Source of the DNA: Cycas panzhihuaensis
Lineage: Eukaryota > Plantae > Cycadophyta
Assembly: GCA_023213395.1 (NCBI GenBank)
Contig: CM041465.1
Span: 141,057,741-141,121,740 of the forward strand
DNA length: 64,000 nt
Reading direction: 5' to 3'
Made by a program: the position numbers and the translations under genes. A model generated the notes under the pieces. It searched no databases and was not told where the DNA came from. It saw only the letters and a list, made by a program, of their open reading frames with translations. This document shows, in pieces, positions 50,901 through 63,135 of the stretch. How positions within the stretch are numbered: position 1 is the stretch's first letter; the number at the start of each line of letters is the position of its first letter.

Positions 50901-53900
50901 ATGTATATAGCTTCTACCCAAAATTCATATTTAAGTTACTTATCCTTGATCATACTCCTTGCTATTTCCATAATTATTCTATTATTTCATTTGGTAACTC
51001 TATTTTATTATGGATTATAAGGATTAGTGAGTTGTTTCCTTGTCTTATAATAGTTACTATATACTGTAAAGTCATATAAGATGAATTCTCCCCTATTATC
51101 TAACCTTAGGATAAGAATTCTAAAACTGATTTATTTCTCAACCAAAGTTTTGAAGTCAATAAAACATTAAAGAGCATTTAATTTGAACTTAATAAAATAG
51201 AACTAAGTCATTTTAATGAAGTCATCAATAAAATTCATGAAGTACCTAGCACCTCCTAGTGAAGGTACATCCATTAGACTACATAGGTCTATATAGATCA
51301 ATTGGAGGGCCATTTGGTTCTATAACTTTTATTTGACAAACTTTTCCTTTATTATTTTCCAAGTATACAACTTTCATAAAGCTCTTTATTTATTTCTATA
51401 GCAGGGAGTCTGATCACTATATCCATTCTTTTCATCAAAGCTAATCTATTATAATTTACATGGTTAAGTATTTTGTTTCATGTTTCATAATCAATATTAG
51501 GTGAAGCTTTTAAAGCATATGAATCTGATAGAGGTATGACTAGTTTAAATAGTCTATCACTAGTCATTTGACCTTTTTCCATAATCACCTTATTCCTTAA
51601 CTTATTCTTGATAGTACATTCAATATTATCAAAGATTAATTTATAATTTTACTCCATCATTTGTCTGATCAAAAGTAGATTCTTTTTAAGTGTTGGAACA
51701 TGTATAACATCATTTATACTTCTAGTTTCTCCTAAATATGTTGTTATAAAAATATTACCTTTTATACTTGTTGCATGTGTGGTGTGATCTATAAACATAA
51801 TTCTACTTTTTCTAGAATTATCTATCTCCTTGAGCCATTCTTCTTTATGTGCCATGTATTGAACATCTTGAATCAATGTACCAACTATACTCTTCTTCAT
51901 TGACTACTTAACTTGAGAAAACCTTGATTAGGGCCTTGTCCTTGAAATTTTCCATGTCTTTAGAAGTTACCTTATCCTTGGAAGTTGTCTTGAGAATTTT
52001 GGAAACCTTAGCCTTGGTTTCTTAGTTGGCCTCTTTCTTTAGGGGATTGACATCTATTCATAGAACTTCGTCCTTAAAACCTTTACTTAATTCTAGCCTT
52101 AGTGACAAAGGCATGTTCAAGGGATTCATTTCCCTCTTTCTTTTTCTCAACAACTAAGAGTATAACACTTAATTGATCAATCTTAAGTATGCTAGAGTCT
52201 TTTAAAACTTCAATAATTATTGCCATTATTTCAAACCTTTTAATTTCTCCTACATACCTTAGAACCTTTTGAATAATCCTTTGCTCACTTATCATTTCAC
52301 CTAAGGATCTTATTTGATTGACTAAATATTAGACCTTAGTGATAAACTCATTGACTCCTCTAGTTGTCATCTTTAAAATTTTAAACTTGCTCCTTATAGT
52401 TTACAACTTTGAAGATGTCGCTCCTTTATATGTTGTTTTGAGGGTATCTCAAGACTCCTTAGATATTGTAGTTTCACTAACTCTAGGAAAGATTTGGGCC
52501 TCCAATGCACAAAAGAGAAGTGCAAGTTCATCATTGTCCTTGTTAGCATTCTTCTTGTAGTTTTTCTTTTCATCTTCTATGGCTATTTGATTGATCTCTC
52601 TATAACCTGCATTAACAAGATCTCACATATCAGTTACAATAAGAATAAGCTTTATTTGCCTACTCTAATTAAGAAAGTTACTTATATTAAACTTAGGCAT
52701 ACTTATATTTCCAATATTTACTACCATTGTAAAGAAGATTGCTTTAAACAATAGACTTTCAAAAAATGTGGAGTACTTGAAAGTAAATACAATTAAATGG
52801 TGCAAAAAGGTAATGAAATGGCACTTAATAACCACAAGAAATGTCCTATTTCACCTCTAAGACTAGTGCAAATATCCTAATTAGGAATCTAACAATCTTA
52901 AGGAGCAATAATTTTTATTAATGAGAGGTTACAATATAACTTTTCACTAGTTTATATAAGGGTCATCACATAGGAAGCCCTTCACTAGTGCCACTTTAGA
53001 GAATAAAAATAATATATTAAATGATTTCAATCTTTTTTCTTGTCCTTAAAACTTAATAGAAAATAGAAAATGGAGTCCAATGATTTAAATGAGACTTAAT
53101 TTTGATATTGAATCACTAAGATATCCATTATAAACTTTGCAAAAGGTTAACCTTTTCTAACTTTAAATGCTAAAAAATACATTACCTTAACTTCACTCAT
53201 TAAAAATCAATCAAACTAAAAATGAAGGTGGATGTGTGACCACTCATTTAGATTGGGTGAGAATGGACTTTGACTTGGTGTTGAGAGAACCAATCTCTAA
53301 CTTCACCAATGAAAATTATAGTGCTCGAAGTAGAGGTAGGTCCTATTTTTTTAATAGTTGTCCTAACAAATTCGCTTGCCCACCTTTATCAAAATTGATC
53401 TTGGTTACTTTATTCACTGCATATGACTTGTTATAGCTAATATTAGGTGATTAACTTTAGTATTTCATTAATGACTCTAATGTGGGGCCCACTATAAGAA
53501 ATTTAACCAAAAAATAATAGAATTGGCAGAAAAAAAACTAAGTGTAATAAAGATTTAATGATCATAGGGTTCTAGGCTATAAATAAATCAGAAAAAGTAT
53601 CACATAAGCCTAATTTAAGGTTGGGCATAATCTTTGAGGTAGCCAATGAAGTTGTACAGTCAAAAGGATACACAGGCAGTAAAAGTGATGCAAAAGTGAG
53701 AAAAAATAAAGTGCAAATATTAAATTGATTAAGTATTAAGGTTTAGAACATTAAAAACATAAAAAATAAATTACACCAACCTAAAATAGGGTCTGTAGAC
53801 ATGAAGTTTTGGTCATACAATTGTAGGGATGACTTAGACAAGGCATAATAGATTTTAAGGCATAGAAACCTAAGAAAAGCTCACTGAAGGTAGTTGTATG

Positions 53901-55743
53901 GACCTAGACTAGTTGTGCACTAAGAAATAACTCCAAAATACACTTGAATATTCCTCATTCAATGAAAAATATTGCAAATATAGTTGAACAATCACTAAAC
54001 ATAGAGGAGGGAACATATAAGATGACAAGAGGGCTATAGAACCAATCTGGCAATGGAGGCAACTGGCTAGAACTAAATTTCTATCAATATTTTCTTATTT
54101 AGAGGTAAGAATAATGCCAAATAGAGGCTATACAATAGTAGAGATAACTCAAGAGGATGCACATGGAAGTGTTATGAAGTACTATCAGAATAGTGACCAA
54201 AGAAGCTTAGACCTCTGAATATGCAACATGGTTTTCTTCTCCTTCAAGTAATGAATCTTCTTCTCTTCACAATATACGCATGTAGGAGCCTAACAACTTG
54301 GATGAGGGGTTTGTAAATGCTTTCCTTTCTTCATTGGATGGCTAAAAATTGCTTGAGCAATCTTGTGGTTCTCTACATCTTTGGTGTACACCCCTACGAG
54401 GTGTGACACCTCATATAATGACTTCTCTAAATAAATCCTGGTGCATGCAAGGCAATGTACTCACATGCATAAAATATACTTTTAAGTATACATGACAAGA
54501 TCTCTATGACTTAATTATAATATTATTATAAAATCAAGCAAAAAATTATAATGAAGATGAGAGCCACTAAATATTTCAACAATATAGTAAATGTAGTAAA
54601 TAACTTAAATAGCAATCAACTCCTCATAAATGCTTCATATTTTTTAATGGGGCTCCTCTTAAAAGCTTCTCCAACCCTTGGATATCTATTCAAATGCTCG
54701 TACAATAAGGAAACACTCTAATAATACTTTAACAATCACTCTGATACCAAATGAAGGAATATAGGGAGTCAAAAGGAGCAGAGAATACACAGAAGGGTAA
54801 AACTAGAATCTGACATAGTGGTGGTGTTGATGAACACTAAGGTATTCAAATCCCATGAATTTATAGGCAATAATTGAGTGGGAAGTTCTCAACATCTACC
54901 ATTGATTGGCATTAATAAACAGTGGAATATTTATTGCTAACATCTGATAAAGTTAGCTAGGTGTGGCTAGTGGTGCTGATATTATCTCCACCAAACCCTA
55001 GGTCAATATAGACTGATATGAACCCCAATGGGTATTATTACAATAATTATCCCATTTGATTACTTAGATTTTCACTAAATAGGTGAATAGGACATGTGTT
55101 TATATGGAAAGAGTTTGGTTTGATATAGCAATAAAAAAATAAGAACTGTCATTAAAAAATAAATTAGGGATAACTTCATGGCATGAATAGTATGAAAGTG
55201 ATGAGATTTGTATCATATTCAACTAGCTCATACTTTCTAAGAAGAATCATCAGTCATAGAGTATAGTAGAAAAATTTTAAAGACTATTCTATAAGGAAAA
55301 ATTACAACATAACTAAGAAATATAATTCTACCTAAGAAATCTCAGACTAGAATTAAAGATAGATGTTTAGAGAAACATCTTAAAATCTTTCAAGGAGGCA
55401 ATTAGTTATCTAACAGACCTATTGCCTCAACTAATTATTTTTTTATATCTATTTTTAATGCAATAGATTTTATAATTTATATAGAAAATAAATAATAACA
55501 ATAGAAATCGTGGTTTACCTTTATGTGGATATATTTTTATTCTACCTCTTGATCTATGATTTGATTTAGAAGTGTACAATATAGAAAGAAAATAGTAATT
55601 GTAGAAAGAATTTTTTTTTTTCACTATTAGAAGAGAAAAATTTTTGTTATACAAATAAACCTTTTTTAGAACAAAAGATACATATATGTAGGAAACCTAG
55701 TAAAATTGTTATAACTAAAAGGATGAGAGGTCTTCTAAATGAC

Positions 55744-56132
55744 CACTCAAAGAAAGACCTAACAGTCAAATTGAACATACCTATAGAGAAGGTAATGGGG
55801 TGGCTGGTGGCCTAGCTAATTGGGGGATACAGGCCAAAAGGAATAAATATTGGACATATATAATTCCTAAAGGGATTTTAGGACTGGTGACAAAGGATAT
55901 AGAGGGTATCGACCTTAGGTAGATTTGCTAGCCATAGGGCATGTCATGTCTTAATTGAGCTAGCCATTAGGCTTGTTGGTGGCACGAGGGGCTCACATCT
56001 AGTTAGAGATTGGGGGGTTAGCTCAGCCATGGGCCTGGCATGATAATTTTGTAGGCCATTAGGCAAGTGCTGTATAAGGGTTGGGATCCTCGTTTAAATC
56101 CCCTATTAATTTAAACCAAATCAAAAGAAAAA
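55744..56132 (+). mobile_element. 5'-truncated LINE of the same RNase H-bearing L1 group
   Basis: 16-bp TSD aggtcttctaaatgac (55728-55743, 56133-56148); encodes HTYREGNGVAGGLANWG...; 3' end gggatcctc...aatcaaaa matches the 9208 LINE 3' end. Confidence 0.9.
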
Positions 56133-57097
56133 AGGTCTTCTAAATGACGTGTAGACTATACCTAAATTGGTTATAATCCATACCTTCAACACCACCCAAT
56201 CTAGGATTTATTAGCTCCTATGTAGAGCATATAATGATTCATCTTCTTGTGGCCATAAGATCTCTAAGATTATAATCTAGCTCCATAATTTTTATAAGTA
56301 AGAATTTAACCTAGCTCCAAGATTCTAAAGTTTATGGCTCTTTCTCTCTCCTCCTAGAAATAAATATTGTTCTTGTACTAAAAGATATAACCACTCCTAT
56401 ATTATGGCCTTTCATAAAGAGTATTCATTATTTCTTAATTAATAATGATTTAATAATTTGTATTAATTAAATCTTTATTTCTTTTCTTTAAAGGGATTTA
56501 GGCACATGATAGTTCTTTTTTCATTGATTACAATTATCCTTAGTACTTCTTCTATTCATTTACATTAGAAACATACAAGTGTGATTAGTAAATAACTATA
56601 GGTATTACTTTTATATAATTTTTTTCTCCCAAGTAGCATTATCTTCATCATAAGATATTCATTTAACTTTAATTTTAGAAATATTTATATTTCTAAGTTA
56701 TTTAACTATTCTATCCAAAATTTTCTTAGGTTTTATAGGAAATTCACATCTAAGCTCTATAATTATTTCATTATATTTAATCATGAAAGAGGTTAATGTA
56801 TCAAGGTCATTTATGTAGATTAATTATGTGACCTTAGGATATATTATTAGCATTAGTCTCTTAATGAAATGTACTTTATGTGCATTTAGATGTAATTTCA
56901 GGTTCATGTCATTAGGTAAAAAAATCCTAACCCTAATGCTCATCCTCAATAATAAAAGGTGAAATCTCAAGGAGGGAGTCATTATTCATTATCACCTCCA
57001 AGCTTGCTCTCATATATTGTTTCATCTTCTTTTTCATTCTCCATTGCCATTGTGTGTATGTGAGTGATTTATCTCCTAGATCCATCCTTCTTTCATG

Positions 57098-57335
57098 TGG
57101 TATCAGAGTGACCAGGGTTCAAAATCGTTCCTGTATACTATGGTAGCACACTTAGAGATATGTGAAGGTGTTTGCTAGGTGGCATCGAGGAACGCCGTGG
57201 TGGACATATAATGCTATGTAGGTACATCTGACTCCTTGTGATGGGGGAGTGTTGGAGTGGGTGACACTAACTATCAAAAGGAAGTCCTCTTCCCAAATCA
57301 CCCTGGGGCTTTTGGTGTAACGGTAACATGTGACA
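57098..57335 (+). mobile_element. TRIM internal region plus one TRIM LTR (same family as 45427-45752)
   Basis: Colinear homology with 45515-45752. Confidence 0.9.
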
Positions 57336-57677
57336 AGAGTTCATACAATAAACCATATTCACTGGCCATCTTAAGGCATCTCAACACTCGCACTACTGCC
57401 TGCCAATGATTTTGCTTAGGATTTATCATGTAACGAGTAAGAATACCGACATAGTGTATAATATCTGGCCTTATATTGGTAGTGTAGATGAGACTACCTA
57501 CAAGTTTCCTATAGAATGTTGCATCTACCTCCCTAGTGTCACCTTCAGCTGAGAGTTTGGTGTTAGGATCCATAGGTAATATCACTGGTTGAGCATCTTC
57601 TAACTGAAACTTGGTTAGAAGATCATTGATGAATTTTTCTTGGGAGAGGAAAAATTTTCCATTCTTTTATGTTACTT
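57336..57677 (-). pseudogene. Inverted copia RT C-terminal fragment
   Basis: FFLSQEKFINDLL...YRKLVGSLIYTTNIRPDI...RVLRCLK...YGLLYE. Confidence 0.9.
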
Positions 57678-58150
57678 TAGACTTTAAGCTTTTTGCATAC
57701 ATAGACTCAGACTTTGCAGGAGATAAAGATACAGGAAGATCTATGTCTGGGTATGTAACGTTTCTTGGAATAGCACCAATATCATGGAGATATAGACAGC
57801 AGAAGATAGTTATAGATTCAACTATCGAAGCTGAATACATTGCTACTTCTGAGATCAGTAAAGAGGTGATATGGCTGAGAAAATTATTGGAAACATTGAA
57901 TATCACCCAAATAAGTCCTACGAGTCTTCATGTGGATAATCAATCAGCAATCTGCATGGCAAAAAATCTTGTATTTCATGATCGTACCAAACACATAAGT
58001 ACAAAAGTCCATAGGATTAGGGAACTTATTTATGATGACACAATCTAATTAGATTACTGCCCCATAGCTGATCAAGTGGCTGATATATTCACCAAACCGC
58101 TGCAAAGGGTGAAGTTTAGATAGTTCCAAATGCATCTCGGCCTTAGGGCC
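57678..58150 (+). pseudogene. Copia RNase H fragment
   Basis: AYIDSDFAGDKDTGRSMSGY...STIEAEYIA...VDNQSAI...FHDRTKHI...ADIFTKPL. Confidence 0.92.
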
Positions 58151-61146
58151 TCCATCTTTGATTGATCAAAGAAGATGGTAACGGGATCATCATACTCTAT
58201 TCTATTCGTGAAAACCTCTTCTGGGCACAGAAGAATAACAGTAAGTCTCTGCTCTATCCTCTTTATGAAAACCCCATGTGGGCACGGAAGAATAAGGGTT
58301 GTACTTGTTTTGAAAAATCAGAACCTGTGAAAATCCAAAAAGCCATAGGGGATGACCAAACAATATATGGAGACTTAGCAGATTAAGCTGCACATTTAAG
58401 TTGCTTGGCTATCAGGCTACATCAAAGAGCCACCTTAGCCATTTTGATTTATAAAAGGGGCTGTAGATCTTAGAAAGTCCGTGGGATTTTATTCCCCATG
58501 AGGGCTTTCCCATAAAAGTGTCATTTAGAATTTCAATGTAATAATAAGGCTCAAATGAAGACCTCATAGAATAGATTTTCTGAAAATGACCTTCCAGCAT
58601 TAAGGGGGGGATTGAAAGAGGTTAATGTATCAAGGTCATTTGTGTGGATTAATTATGCGACCTTAGGATATATTATTAGCATTAGTCTCTTAATGAAATG
58701 TACTTTATGTGCATTTAGATGTAATTTTAGGTTCATGTCATTAGGCGGAAAAATCCTAACCTTAATGCTCACTCTCAATAATAAAAGGTGAAATCTCAAG
58801 GAGGGAGTCATTATTCATTCTCACCCTGAAGATTGCTCTCATATCTTGTTTCATCTTCTTTTTCATTCTCCATTGCCATTGTATGCATGTGAGTGATTTA
58901 TTTCCTAGATCCATCCTTCCTGCAAATCAAATATTTTTCATCAAGTATATATTTCTTTAGTAAGCTTACAAAGAATACTCTATGGTTTTTTAATTGAAGG
59001 GACAATACAATACAAGTTCATAGGTTAGGTTTCCAATCTATTAGAGTGTTTTAAAAGGACTACAATATTTAGGAGCTAGTTTAGCATATTTTCCTAATCT
59101 CAAGCAACTTCTTTTTGGTTTGACATAGAGAAAGACCTTATCTCCTATTTGAAATTTCCTAACTAAGTATTTTAAATCTGTAGAACTTTTATATTAGTCT
59201 TTGGAATCCTTGAGATTACTTTTAGTTTTATGAATTACTTATTCCCTTTCTTTTCAATCCTTATTCAAATACCATTTTTTACGTATAGGGTCTGATTAAG
59301 AAAGAGGTGTATTATAATATATTTTAGAAATATCTTCAAATTATGATATCTTAATAAAGGAATGGTAACTTTGATTATATGCAAATTCTACTAAATGTAA
59401 ATAGTCCTCTCAATAGGAAGGGGTTTCTATAATATATATAAGAAGCATGACTTCTGCCACTCAATTTACTTATTCTCTTTTCCCATCAATCTTAGGATGA
59501 TAAGCAATACTTATTTTATAGGTAGTCCCTATCTCACAAAAGAAAGTTTCTCAAAAACTAGAAGTGAATCTAGGATCTTTATTGAATATAATACTATTGT
59601 CTAGCTTATATAGTCAAAATATTTCTTAGAAAATATATGTGCAATGCCTTTTCTAATGGATCTAATATTAGTAAGTATAAAATGTGTCATTTTAGTTCAT
59701 TAGTCTACTACTACTAAGATAGTGTTGTGGCTTTTCCAATTACAAGATGAACCAATGATAAAATCTATACTTAATTGATTCTCATTTCCACTCAAGAATA
59801 TCTAATTATTGTAATAATCATAGAGTTCTATATTATTTTACTTTAGTTTTTTTATAAGGGAAATATTTTCAAATATATAATCATATATCGGATTTTATTT
59901 TAGGCCTAAAAAATTCCTTTCTGATAGGTTCTATAGAATCCAAGATGTCTTACTATAGGTATGTCATGCGTGTCTCTCAAAATTCTACCATTTATTTTAA
60001 GGGCATTGAGTATACATAACCTTTTTTTATAATATAGTAACTCATTATCTATGAGGATATGTTTTTCTACTTGATCTTTACAATGATTGTTATATCGAGG
60101 ATTATGTAGTTGGGTAAGGATTGGGTCAAAAAATTCATTTTAATTAGGTAATTTTGATAGAGTTATTTAGGTTGGTATTCACTAAGGTTATTATATTATT
60201 ATATCTTTTTTTCTAGTTAAGAGCATTAACTACTTTATTTTCTTTCCCTAACATATACTAGATATGAAAATTATATTTAGTGATTAATTCTATCTAGTGT
60301 CTTTCAATTATGTTTAGATGAGGTTATTTAAATATATACTAGAAACTATGATGATATATTTTAAGGCTAGACTTCACTACTACTAAATATTATCACCAAA
60401 TATTTTAGGAATGTACTATGCATAATAATTCTAAATTATGAGTAGGATAGTTTATTTTTTTAAGAATCTTGTAGATTCCTTTATTCATAACTTATAACTT
60501 TTCATCTTTCATTAGGAATCCTCCCAGTCCATTCGTACTAGCATTAGTGATTACTAGGTAAGTCCTATATATATTAAATATACATAATACTAATGTTATT
60601 ATTAAATTTTTTCTTTTTAATTTATAGATGGATTCTTAACATTCTAGAATCCCTATCGAAGTCTTATCCTTTTGACTCAGGTTAATTAGTGGTCTTATAA
60701 TTTTAGAGTATCCATTAACAGATCTTTGATAAAATCTTGATAAGCCTAAGAAGCTTTGCACTTCATGTGTATCCTTAAGTTATGGCTATTCTTGTATAGT
60801 TTTTTTCTTTTTAAGGTCTAGGGTAATTCCTTGTTTTAAAATAGTATATCCTTAGTATAAAATTTTTGTTTTGAAGAATTTACATTTACTTACTTTTGCA
60901 TATAATTTATGTTCCCTTTATTTTTTTAGTAACTTTTATATGTGTTATGCATGTTCTATTTTATTCTTTGAGTATATTAAAGTATTATCTAAAAATATAA
61001 TTATAAGTACATCCAAATAGGATTAGAATAAATTGTTTATTAAGGTCATAAAAATAGCTAGTGCATTAGTTAGTCTAAAAGGTAAAATGATAAGGCTTGT
61101 TAATCTTGTAAAGCGAAGACGGTGAATGTCGAACGACAAATGGGTT

Positions 61147-61920
61147 ATGGTTAGGGTTTCTAGGCGAACGGAGAATGCAAGTTAGATACAGGCAGCTCTG
61201 GGGACAGAACCGTCATCGACCAAATTGATATGGGTGGTAAGACGCCCAACCTTAAATAATTTTAACTTTAAATTTGGTCCGTATGGCTTCCAATGCCATT
61301 CTGTGAGATGTTATAGTCTTACAGTTGAGATTGGAACGCTGAAGCGGTGGCTTCATCGCATAGACTCAGTGGGATTTCAGTAGGGCCCCCTGCCTTGGAA
61401 TAATCAGTCCCCAGCTCTACATGTTGATGATTCCTCTCCAATCTGGAGTAAGAGCATAGCTTATAACTCTTTCATACATCTGTCGGTTGGTAGAGATAGC
61501 CTGGCCGATGGGAGCAAGGTATGCTAGGTGCCTCAAGCTTCTAGAGGAGGCACCAGACCAAGGTTTATCAGATTTGCAGATGAGGGAGTTCAGGGCCCAG
61601 AGGCAGGAGCCAAAGAAATCAGATATTTAGCTTGGAAAGGAAGAGGCTGGCTGCTTCAGTAGCGGTTAAACTGGAGGGTTTCTGGACACATCCGTACCCA
61701 GGTCTGCACCGACAGTGGGAGCACTTTGTCACCTAGGAATGAAAGCAAATTGGCGAAGGGGATGAATGGCTTTCTTCCAGACTAGTCAAAGAATGAAGAG
61801 TTGGCATATAAACCAGTAAAAAGGGTAGATGCAAAGGTAATTATTGTTGAATCTAGGGCAATGGTAAGTCCCTACCGACCTTGCATAGGGTTTATATTTT
61901 TATTTTCTACAGTACTTTAA
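61147..61920 (+). pseudogene. Cryptic upstream ORF of the LINE (257 codons, five TAG stops, no frameshift), unknown product
   Basis: ATG 61147 to TAA 61918-61920 in one frame; the only internal stops are TAG; ends 2 nt before the ORF1 ATG. Confidence 0.6.
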
Positions 61921-62724
61921 GTATGGATAAGGATCAGATACTTCAAAACTAGAACCAGATCCCCAATCCTTCACTAGGGAGATCTTACTGTGATGTGTTG
62001 AGAGCAAATGATGAAGAAACATATGACTTAACACTTGTTATACAAGAAAATAAGGTCAGATTAAAAATTCCATAGGGCTTAGTGGAGAAAACTAAGAAAT
62101 ATCGGGAGAACTACCTTGTCGGTAGATTCTCTAAACCCAGACCGGGGTTGGATACTTGGTAAAAAGGCCTTAACCCTTGAAAAATGGCATAGGGATTTTG
62201 ATCCTTTCGTTCCCAAAATCAGAAAAGCACCCATATGGATTCAATTGCCAGGTCTTCCCTTGCACCATTGGAACCTCGAAGTGCTAAAAGGAATCGCGAA
62301 AGTTGTGGGACCTCTTCTAGTAGTAGACTGGGCAACTAAGAATAGAATTAGACTCATAAACGCCAAATTCTGTGCCCTAGTGAGGATTAACAAACCTCTT
62401 CTGGATGATCTATGGATTGATACAGAGGATGGGTGTTGGGAATAACCATTGGTTTACGAAATGGAGCATTTTAGATGCTCATTATGTAGAAATCTAGGCC
62501 ACTTACCCCAGAAATGCCCAAGTGTAAAGAACCTAATGGGAGGGAAGCAAGAGGCCTCTATAGAGCCAAAACCCTAAGGGGCGATAGAGCCCATAGAGAT
62601 AGGGACGGAAGGGCAGATATAAGAGATTCAAGGAAAGACTGAGGCACCTGAAGTTACAAAGGACCGAGTTGGGTACCCTCCAGAACAACAATATATCCCA
62701 CCCTTGGATCTTGGCTTTGATCCT

Positions 62725-63135
62725 AATGAGGAGGACACTCTCTCAGATGCAGGGGAGTAGGTAGCTCAGGAATTAGAGGCCCCAGCGCACCCGAAAGGGG
62801 ATGGTAGCCTAGGGGCTCTCACTTCAGTTGGGCCAAGGATGTTAGCCCAATACACCTTAGCACACATAGTAGAGACCTAGAAGAAGACATTGGAAGTGGG
62901 CACTAAGATGGGGGTGGGTAAGCCCCCGCTGAATGAGGAGGACTCTCTCTCAGGTCCTAGGGTGTAGGTAGATCAAGAATCAGAGGCCCTAGCGCACCCA
63001 AATGGGGATGGAGGCCTTGGGGTGCTCATATCAGTCGGGCCCGGGACGTCAACCCAATACACCTTAGCACATTCGGTAGCATCCCAAAAGAAAACACTGG
63101 ACGTGGGCACTGAGAAGAGGGTAGGCAGGCCCCTT
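62725..63135 (+). repeat. In-frame 207-bp tandem duplication in the LINE ORF1 tail
   Basis: aatgaggaggac(a/t)ctctctcag starts at 62725 and at 62932; the two units are colinear. Confidence 0.85.

Larger units (their letters stand above)
44158..55042 (-). mobile_element. Decayed full-length Ty1/copia element (LTRs 44158-44442 and 54752-55042; ~2 kb leader; gag ~51950-52750, PR ~51650-51900, INT ~50600-51350, RT ~49560-50450 plus 44960-45116, RH ~44470-44950)
   Basis: PBS ctctgatacca 54739-54749; TSD attat/ataat; gag, PR (VIHVPTLKKNLL), RT (YVDD) and RH (SDSAGYVDDRKST, RTKDIKTQYHFI) remnants. Confidence 0.9.
56784..58924 (+). mobile_element. Chimeric LTR element (copia LTRs, TRIM body, inverted RT piece, copia RNase H), 2141 bp
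   Basis: 312-bp LTRs 56784-57095 and 58613-58924; TSD aatca; PBS 57098; PPT aaggggggg 58602-58610. Confidence 0.95.
55400..61091 (-). mobile_element. Decayed chromoviral (Tekay/Del-like) gypsy: RT ~60820-61091, RH ~60240-60620, INT ~59000-59960, chromodomain-like ~56620-56700, 3' LTR ending 56191 (left boundary approximate)
   Basis: LPFRLTNALAIFM and YLDV...LDN (RT); YPTHNLEL (RH); DPRFTSSF and AYHPKIDG (INT); KIKVK*ISYDEDNATWE (chromodomain-like). Confidence 0.75.
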
